Source: Chlamydiota bacterium (lineage in GTDB: Bacteria > Auribacterota > JACPWU01). Taken from it: 10,429 bases of DNA. The notes under the pieces were generated by a model. It did not search any database and was not told the origin of the DNA. It was given only the letters and a program-made list of their open reading frames with translations. This document shows positions 1 to 5,646 of this stretch, piece after piece. The stretch is from positions 1 to 10,429 of the forward strand of contig JACPWU010000014.1 in the NCBI GenBank assembly GCA_016196885.1, given 5' to 3'. Within the stretch, counting starts at the first letter, position 1. Each line of letters opens with the position of its first letter. The position numbers and the translations under genes are program-made.

Positions 1-3000
1 AAGGGCATTGAGCCGTCGTCTCGTCTCATGGTTTCTGTGGCGACGGTGAGGGCGGTCGAGCCTAATGTTTTGACGATGAAGTCTGCTCTTGTGGGGGTTC
101 CTCCAAAGGCGGTGTTCACAAGCCCTGTTCCGATGGTGGCTGTAACCACCCCCACTGTTCCCCCAATTTCTTCTGAGACGGTGTTGAACGCGACACTGGT
201 CAGAATGGGTTTTACAATTTGTTTCATGATGCTGAAGTTGTCCAGGCTAGGTAAGCCTGCCCCAGGGAATATTCCAGAGCCGATCCCTGCCGCTAGGCCA
301 CTGACCAATGCTCCTTTGAGGGCGTCCATGGGTTTTGCTCCCATGGCGATGGATGTTAAGAAGCTCGATGCAAATGCTGTGATCCCTGTTGCTAGGGCTG
401 TTGCAGCGGTGGCGCCTAGTGCGAAGGATGTGGTGAGCATGGTTGAGATCCCCGCTGTGACGGGGGCGAGGATGATTCCAAGTGCGATCGAGATCGCAGG
501 CATGAGAAATTTCTTGAGGAATCCCCCGCTGGATTTTACTTTTTCACTCGTCATCTCACGGTGTTCATCTATTAGGACATTGTTAGCGCCATATTCAGGA
601 TGAGCCTCATAGGTGCGACTGATTTTGGAGCCTTTGACTTTGGTGTGTTCGGTTTCTTTATAGTAGTTGAGCAGTCCCTTGTCGTCTACGGTTCCAGCTC
701 GGTCTATGGTTGTGGAATATTTCTTAATCCCCATTCCCTTTTCGGATGTTTCTTTGTGGAAGTTGACGGTGTTTCCGACTTTGTCGAACGTGACGTTTTC
801 CAATTTGTCGTGATAGGAGTAAATTGTTTTGTTGCCTGACTTTAGGATTTTGTTTTCTTCGGATGCGATGATTCGGTTCTTGGAGTCGTATTTCACTACG
901 CCATTGGCAACGTATGTTCCTTTACCCTTTACTGTTTTGCTTCCTTGTGATGTTTCAATCGTTGTGGGCTCAGTGTCGTGGATGGAATAGGTATACGTTC
1001 TATTTTTTGCGTCGTATTTGTAGCTTTCGGTTCTGACGACTAATCCTCTCCCATTTGTTTCGGTGATGTTTTCGATGCCGTAGCGGCCAAGTTTCATGTC
1101 GACGTGGTGACCGGTGACGAGGTTGTCTATTTTGATGGTGTTGCCTTTGAGGACAGCTTCGGCGAGTTTGTTTCCGTTTTCGTCCTGGACCCAGGCACGG
1201 TTACCGGAGAATTTAACGACTAGATTCTTCGCTTCGCTCAGAATGACAGCATTTCCTTGACTCTTGACACTTGCTACTTGACTCTTTATTTTCTCCAATT
1301 CTTGTTTAGCTATTTCAAGGGCTTTGAGTGCCGCTTGTTTTGCGGCCTGTGTTGTTGCTTGAAGAAGTGCGAGTTTGGCTTGAGCTACTTTGACTTGGGC
1401 TTGAGCTATTTTTCTCTCTCCTTCGGCTTTGGCTCTTTCGGCTGTGCTCTTGGCTTGTTGTATTTTAGTTTGCGCTTGTTGCAGAGCTTGCTGAGCGGTT
1501 CGCAGGGCTTGTTGGGCGAGTGATTTAGCTTGTGATGCTGTTTGTTGGGCTTTGGAGATTTGTATGGCTGCTTGTTGTTTTATTTTCTCTGCCTGCTTTA
1601 AGAGTTCTTGTGTGACCTGTTTCTTATAGATGCTCATCGCTTTGGAGGCTGCCTTTTGCGCATTTCGAGCCTGGTCTTGGGCACGTCTGGCTTGTTCTTC
1701 TGCTTCTTTTATTTGCGCTGCAAGTCTAGGGCCATATTTGAAGGACTGCTGGGTTCCGTAGGCATCAAGGGTAATGATGTAGTCAGGATGCGATATTTCC
1801 TCTTTTTCAAGTGCTCCGCTTGATGAGTAAGTATAGGTGTGATGTGCGATGTCTCCTTTTTCATCAGGGATTTCTTTCCAGGCAAGTTGTCCTTGGTGAT
1901 TATACCCTTGCGTGATATTGTTGGTTCCACTCTTACCTTCTGTGTGGTTGTTCCAACTTTCTTTTAGTTGAGTGGCTCTGCCTGCGTGATCAAAGTCTAG
2001 GACATGTGTAGTGGTCGTTTGGTTGAATGATTTTCCTTCTGCGTTGGTTCCCCATGTGTGGCTGGTCCATTTTGTCATTCTGTTTTGTGCATCGTATTGT
2101 ATGTTTGTTCGATGTTCTGTGTTAGATGTACGATGTCCGTTTGATAAGTGGTCTTCTGTGGTTTGTTCATAGGAACTGACTCTTCCTTGTTCGTCAAAGC
2201 TGGTTGAAGTTCTATCTGTGATGTGTTTTCCTAGACTGTCTTTCTCTATTCTTTTGAATGAGATCTTTCGCCCGAGCTCATCATATATGATGTTTGTTTC
2301 TGTTGATTGATACGATCCACCGTTTGATCTTGTTCCTTCTTCTGCAGTAGATGTGGTTTCTCCTAAGGCATTAAAGGTTTGTGAACGCGAGAATGAGTAT
2401 GAACCGCTGGCATTTGAGTGACCGGATTCATTAAACGATGTGATGTTTCCATAGTTGTCATAAGAGATGTTTGTCTTTTGAGATTTTATGACTTCACCTG
2501 TGGATAGTGTTGTTTTGCTTTTGTCTCCTGTTAGGCGCCCCGCTTCATCGTAGCTTTGGTTCAAGATTTCTTTTGTTTCTTGATGGATGAGGTTCAATCC
2601 CTCCGAGCGACTTTCTATGGCTCCTACCTGAAGACCTAGAATGGAGTATTGAAGACTGCTTACTTCTTTTAGATTAATCGATTCTTCATTTCCTACCTTT
2701 GTTTGTTGGAGCTCTTGATAAGCTTGTAATTGTCCGAGTTTGTTATAGATTGCATCGCTGAATTTAATTTCTGTTGTTTTGGTCGGATGCCCTTCTATTT
2801 CTTCTGTGATGATTTGTATGGAGCTTATGAGTTGGTTGAAGAGGTTTTCAAACACTATGCCCATGGGGCCCCTAGGCGTGTTTTGGCATTCATTCGCTTT
2901 TTGAGTCCATGACAAGTTCTCTTGAAGTTCTGCTAAATTTTGCACGGGAGTTTGAAGAATACGCTGCATTTGTACTTGGGCTTGCGCTTCTATGGGGATG

Positions 3001-3050
3001 GATAAAAAGATCTGTAGCGTTGCAAGAACACTGGATAGGATTTTAATCAT
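1..3050 (-). CDS. Secreted YD-repeat (Rhs/teneurin-type) protein. The 3' end is truncated by the window edge; codons occupy 3..3050, so at least 1016 aa.
   Basis: Manual reverse-strand translation from ATG at 3050..3048 gives an uninterrupted frame to position 3. A G-run Shine-Dalgarno-like GGGGGG lies a few nt upstream. The ORF is absent from the supplied track, presumably because it has no in-window stop. The N-terminus MIKILSSVLATLQIFLSIPIEAQAQ looks like a signal peptide. YD-type motifs recur: SYDEAGRL, SYDNYGNI, IYDELGRK, SFDEQGRV, QYDAQNRM, DFDHAGRA, then KYDAKNRT, KYDSKNRI, TFDKVGNT. An Ala/Gln/Lys-rich coiled-coil-like block is encoded at about 1260-1725. A Gly/Ala-rich hydrophobic block (AISIALGIILAPVTAGISTML...GLAAGIGSGIFPGAG) is encoded at about 3-520. 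The + strand ORFs in this interval are low-complexity shadows. Confidence 0.8.
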   Translation of the reverse strand, partial: MIKILSSVLATLQIFLSIPIEAQAQVQMQRILQTPVQNLAELQENLSWTQKANECQNTPRGPMGIVFENLFNQLISSIQIITEEIEGHPTKTTEIKFSDAIYNKLGQLQAYQELQQTKVGNEESINLKEVSSLQYSILGLQVGAIESRSEGLNLIHQETKEILNQSYDEAGRLTGDKSKTTLSTGEVIKSQKTNISYDNYGNITSFNESGHSNASGSYSFSRSQTFNALGETTSTAEEGTRSNGGSYQSTETNIIYDELGRKISFKRIEKDSLGKHITDRTSTSFDEQGRVSSYEQTTEDHLSNGHRTSNTEHRTNIQYDAQNRMTKWTSHTWGTNAEGKSFNQTTTTHVLDFDHAGRATQLKESWNNHTEGKSGTNNITQGYNHQGQLAWKEIPDEKGDIAHHTYTYSSSGALEKEEISHPDYIITLDAYGTQQSFKYGPRLAAQIKEAEEQARRAQDQARNAQKAASKAMSIYKKQVTQELLKQAEKIKQQAAIQISKAQQTASQAKSLAQQALRTAQQALQQAQTKIQQAKSTAERAKAEGERKIAQAQVKVAQAKLALLQATTQAAKQAALKALEIAKQELEKIKSQVASVKSQGNAVILSEAKNLVVKFSGNRAWVQDENGNKLAEAVLKGNTIKIDNLVTGHHVDMKLGRYGIENITETNGRGLVVRTESYKYDAKNRTYTYSIHDTEPTTIETSQGSKTVKGKGTYVANGVVKYDSKNRIIASEENKILKSGNKTIYSYHDKLENVTFDKVGNTVNFHKETSEKGMGIKKYSTTIDRAGTVDDKGLLNYYKETEHTKVKGSKISRTYEAHPEYGANNVLIDEHREMTSEKVKSSGGFLKKFLMPAISIALGIILAPVTAGISTMLTTSFALGATAATALATGITAFASSFLTSIAMGAKPMDALKGALVSGLAAGIGSGIFPGAGLPSLDNFSIMKQIVKPILTSVAFNTVSEEIGGTVGVVTATIGTGLVNTAFGGTPTRADFIVKTLGSTALTVATETMRRDDGSMP

Positions 3051-3113
3051 TTGCCCCCCATCAACCAGACTGGCTTGGATTGTACCACTTGGAGGGAGAA
3101 GTATCTAAATCTT

Positions 3114-3374
3114 TTATGGGTTTTTTAGGACTTCATCGTGGTTGCCAACCAGTCTCAAATAAATCGTGTCCTTATCCATTTCAAAGCTCATTCGATAGTG
3201 GATGTCTACACGAGCTTCCCAAAGATCAGGGGTTCCTTGGATTTTTCTCGTGCGTAGGGACGGATGCATTGGATTTTCTGAGAGTTGCTTAACTTGACGT
3301 TTTGTTTTCTTTTGGATGTGCTGGGGGAGTTGAAGAAAAGATTTGTCAAAGCCTTTATAGTAGTGAACTTTCAC
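3114..3374 (-). CDS. RelE/ParE-superfamily type II toxin (86 aa)
   Basis: The size and motif layout are typical of RelE/ParE plasmid-stabilisation toxins: FxKxFxxLPxxIQKK...LSENPxHPSL..RKIQGTPDLWEARVDIHYRMSF....IYLRLVGNHDEV. A GTG start overlaps the upstream ORF stop by 4 nt (GTGA at 3374..3371), which is classic antitoxin-toxin coupling. Confidence 0.75.
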   Translation of the reverse strand: MKVHYYKGFDKSFLQLPQHIQKKTKRQVKQLSENPMHPSLRTRKIQGTPDLWEARVDIHYRMSFEMDKDTIYLRLVGNHDEVLKNP

Positions 3375-3619
3375 GATGCTTTCTTGATTGACTTGAAGAG
3401 GCCTTTGACTGTTCCATCACCTAGGATTTCACCTTTTTTCTTAGCTTCGTCTATCTCTTTCTCTTTTCTTTGCCATTCTTTTGTCCAGAAATAGGCTTGC
3501 TCTGGATCAATGATATGCTTCATTTTGAGGTAGCGGGCAAAGTCTAGGATTTCAGAAAATTCCTTGGGGTCCAGGCTTTTAACGGTGCTTAATAGTTCTA
3601 GTCTCATTGTGTTCGTCAT
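3371..3619 (-). CDS. Putative cognate antitoxin (82 aa)
   Basis: A small acidic/basic ORF lies immediately upstream of the RelE-like gene and overlaps it by 4 nt. The N-terminal segment KEFSEILDFARYLKMK resembles DUF2281-type antitoxin N-termini. The assignment rests mainly on position. Confidence 0.6.
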   Translation of the reverse strand: MTNTMRLELLSTVKSLDPKEFSEILDFARYLKMKHIIDPEQAYFWTKEWQRKEKEIDEAKKKGEILGDGTVKGLFKSIKKAS

Positions 3620-3625
3620 GGGTTT

Positions 3626-3654
3626 ATTCTATCATACTGTTTTTCCGTTCTCAA
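3626..3654 (-). promoter_or_regulatory. Candidate sigma70-type promoter for the toxin-antitoxin pair; the transcript may be leaderless
   Basis: Minus strand reads TTGAGA (3654..3649), a 17-nt spacer, then TGaTAGAAT (extended -10, hexamer 3631..3626). Six nt later comes the antitoxin ATG at 3619. The -35 overlaps the stop codon of the upstream recombinase. No Shine-Dalgarno is visible before the ATG. Confidence 0.3.
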
Positions 3655-4550
3655 ATTTTTTTTGGCTCCCCTTTTTCCCTTGGATGACATTTAGCATGAA
3701 CTTCTTTTAAGTCCATGATGGTGAGTTTTAAGTAGGGTTCCAAGCTTGAGAGTTTGGCGTGGCCTAGGAGCTCTTTGATGTAGTAGGGGTTTGCATGATT
3801 GCGGATCATGCCTGTGGCGCAGCTTCTTCTAAAAACATGCGGGGTGACGGGCCCTTCGATTCTTGCCTTGAACGCTGCTCTTCGGATGAGCATTCTTAAG
3901 CTTTCTCCTCCTAGTCTGGTTCCTCTGTGTGTTAAAAATAATGCTTTTTCTTGGGTGTTTCCTTGGGTGAGAATGGGTCTTATTCCTTTGAGGTAGTTTT
4001 CTAGCACTTGACACGCTGTTTTTCCAATGGGGACGACTCTGTCTTTTCCTCCTTTGCCCCTCATGATGCGGCAGTATCCTTCTTGGATGTCTATGTCCTT
4101 TAGGTCTAGGTTCAATAGCTCTTGTTTTCTTACCCCTGTGGTGTAAAGAAGTTCTAGGATGCTTCTATCTCGGTAGCCTAATAAGTGATGAGGATCCGGG
4201 GCCACTAAGATTTTTCGGATGATTTGATCAGGTAAGGTAAGACGGGGTAAGGTTTTGGGTTCTTTGATGTATTCTATTTTAGGCTCTAGTGCGATCAGTC
4301 CCTCATTCTTGAGACATTTAAAGTAGCCTTTTAGAATGGCGCTTACGATGTTGATGGTTCTTGCTTTGTAGGTTTTGAGCGTTTTCCGGTGCGCCTGGAT
4401 ATGGTGTTGTACGATTGCATCTATTCCAGAGATTCCCTGCGAGATCCCCCATTCAATGAACTTTGTGAGATGCCATAGATATGTTTCCTGCGTCCTAGGA
4501 CTGAAGTTTTTTCGATCCATCCACGCTCGGTACTTTTCTATGTGCCACAT
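3651..4550 (-). CDS. XerC/XerD-family tyrosine recombinase (299 aa), downstream member of a tandem pair
   Basis: N-terminal SAM-like core-binding region (FSPRTQETYLWHLTKFIEW). Catalytic signature is present: ELLYTTGVRKQEL (Arg I), GKGGKDRVVPIG (Lys), HVFRRSCAT (His-x-x-Arg), ELLGHAKLSSLEPYLK (His/Tyr nucleophile). The Xer-typical C-terminal tail is HAKCHPRE. GAGGGAAAG lies upstream of the ATG, and the gene starts 11 nt after the preceding recombinase's stop. Confidence 0.9.
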   Translation of the reverse strand: MWHIEKYRAWMDRKNFSPRTQETYLWHLTKFIEWGISQGISGIDAIVQHHIQAHRKTLKTYKARTINIVSAILKGYFKCLKNEGLIALEPKIEYIKEPKTLPRLTLPDQIIRKILVAPDPHHLLGYRDRSILELLYTTGVRKQELLNLDLKDIDIQEGYCRIMRGKGGKDRVVPIGKTACQVLENYLKGIRPILTQGNTQEKALFLTHRGTRLGGESLRMLIRRAAFKARIEGPVTPHVFRRSCATGMIRNHANPYYIKELLGHAKLSSLEPYLKLTIMDLKEVHAKCHPREKGEPKKI

Positions 4551-4561
4551 TTTCTTTCCCT

Positions 4562-5506
4562 CTATAGTTTTTTAATCTTTTGAACCTTTGATCTTTTCTT
4601 TTCCCTTGGATGTGTTCTTGTATGCTCTTTTTTTAAGTCTTTACCCGCTATTTTGAGGTATCGCTCCAGGCTCCCTAAGTCAGAGTGGCCTAAAAGCTCT
4701 TTGACGTAGTAAGGATGTGCGTTGTTGCGTAAGAGATGTGTCGCAAAGGTGCGTCTGAAAGTGTGCGCGGAGACAGGTTTTGCAAGGGCTAGCCTTTGGG
4801 CCATTTCTCTCACGATTTGATTGATTCGGCAATGAGATATTCTACGATGATGGCTTGAGATGAATAAGGCCGATTCGTCTTTTTCTTGAATGAGCTCTTG
4901 CCTTGCATTTTTGAGATAGTCTCTTAAAGGATGGGTCGCTTTCCTCCCCAACGGTTGTATTCTGTCTTTGGCTCCTTTGCCCCCTTGTATTCTTATAAAA
5001 CCTCCTTCGATGTCTATGTCTTCCATGTCCAGTCCCACCAGCTCACTTAAGCGCACTCCCGTGGAGTACATGAGCTCCATGATCGCTCGATTACGCAAAC
5101 CCAATATGCTTCTGTCCCATCCTTCAATCATTCGAGTGATTTCTTCTTCCGTTAAGATTTCCTTTACGATTCGATGCTTCACGAGACGGGGTATCAAAAG
5201 TGATTCAGATGGGTTGATGAGGAGCTGATGCGTTTTTTCTAAATGTTCTAGGAACCGTTTGATTCCTCTGAGGTAATGCTGCCGAGTCTCAGGTGAGTAT
5301 TCCTTTTCTTTTGAGCGTTCATCAAAGTCCTTTTGATATTCTTTTAAACGCTCCGGTGTGATCTGTCCCGGATGCTCAATCCCTTTCAAAATGAGCCAGT
5401 CCGTAAAATATCTTATGGGGCGTAGATAAGTTTTTAGCGTCGCTTGAGAGCGGTTTAGTTCTCTCAGGCGCTTCTCAAAGCCAAGCAGTGCCTCTTCAAA
5501 CTTCAT
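4562..5506 (-). CDS. XerC/XerD-family tyrosine recombinase (314 aa), upstream member of a tandem pair
   Basis: Same architecture as its neighbour: RSQATLKTYLRPIRYFTDWL, MELMYSTGVRLSEL, GGKGAKDRIQPLG, HTFRRTFATHLL, ELLGHSDLGSLERYLK, tail HTRTHPRE. It is clearly paralogous to the 299-aa neighbour; the C-terminal 40 aa are highly similar. AGGAG lies 9 nt upstream of the ATG. Confidence 0.9.
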   Translation of the reverse strand: MKFEEALLGFEKRLRELNRSQATLKTYLRPIRYFTDWLILKGIEHPGQITPERLKEYQKDFDERSKEKEYSPETRQHYLRGIKRFLEHLEKTHQLLINPSESLLIPRLVKHRIVKEILTEEEITRMIEGWDRSILGLRNRAIMELMYSTGVRLSELVGLDMEDIDIEGGFIRIQGGKGAKDRIQPLGRKATHPLRDYLKNARQELIQEKDESALFISSHHRRISHCRINQIVREMAQRLALAKPVSAHTFRRTFATHLLRNNAHPYYVKELLGHSDLGSLERYLKIAGKDLKKEHTRTHPREKKRSKVQKIKKL

Positions 5507-5545
5507 TTACAACGTCTCCTGTTTTTGGATATATATACGTACCCC

Positions 5546-5646
5546 TCACGAAGTCACGAAGTTGGCTTTTTTGGATGTAAGTTCTTCCGTCTCACTTAAT
5601 AAACTTCGTGAAAAATTTTCACGAAGTTTCACGAGGTTTCACGAAC
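5546..5646. repeat. Cluster of six TCACGAAG-type motifs including a 29-bp palindrome (candidate iterons, protein-binding sites or terminator)
   Basis: Tandem TCACGAAG-TCACGAAG at 5546-5561. An inverted copy ACTTCGTGA at 5603-5611. Three direct copies phased at 10 bp at 5617-5646: TTTCACGAAG, TTTCACGAGG, TTTCACGAAC. The palindrome AAACTTCGTGAAAA-A-TTTTCACGAAGTTT (5601-5629) spans the primase stop codon (5619-5621). The cluster lies between the replication gene and the recombinase pair. Confidence 0.65.

Noticed and set aside
28-2912. Track ORFs on the + strand (28..603, 600..839, 1257..1523, 1608..1823, 2730..2912) and the minus-strand ORF 1709..1930
   Set aside because: Their products are low-complexity or compositionally odd (Val/Pro/Ala runs, Cys/Phe/Leu runs). 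All lie inside the uninterrupted minus-strand YD-repeat reading frame, which has recognisable motifs. They are antisense or out-of-frame shadows.
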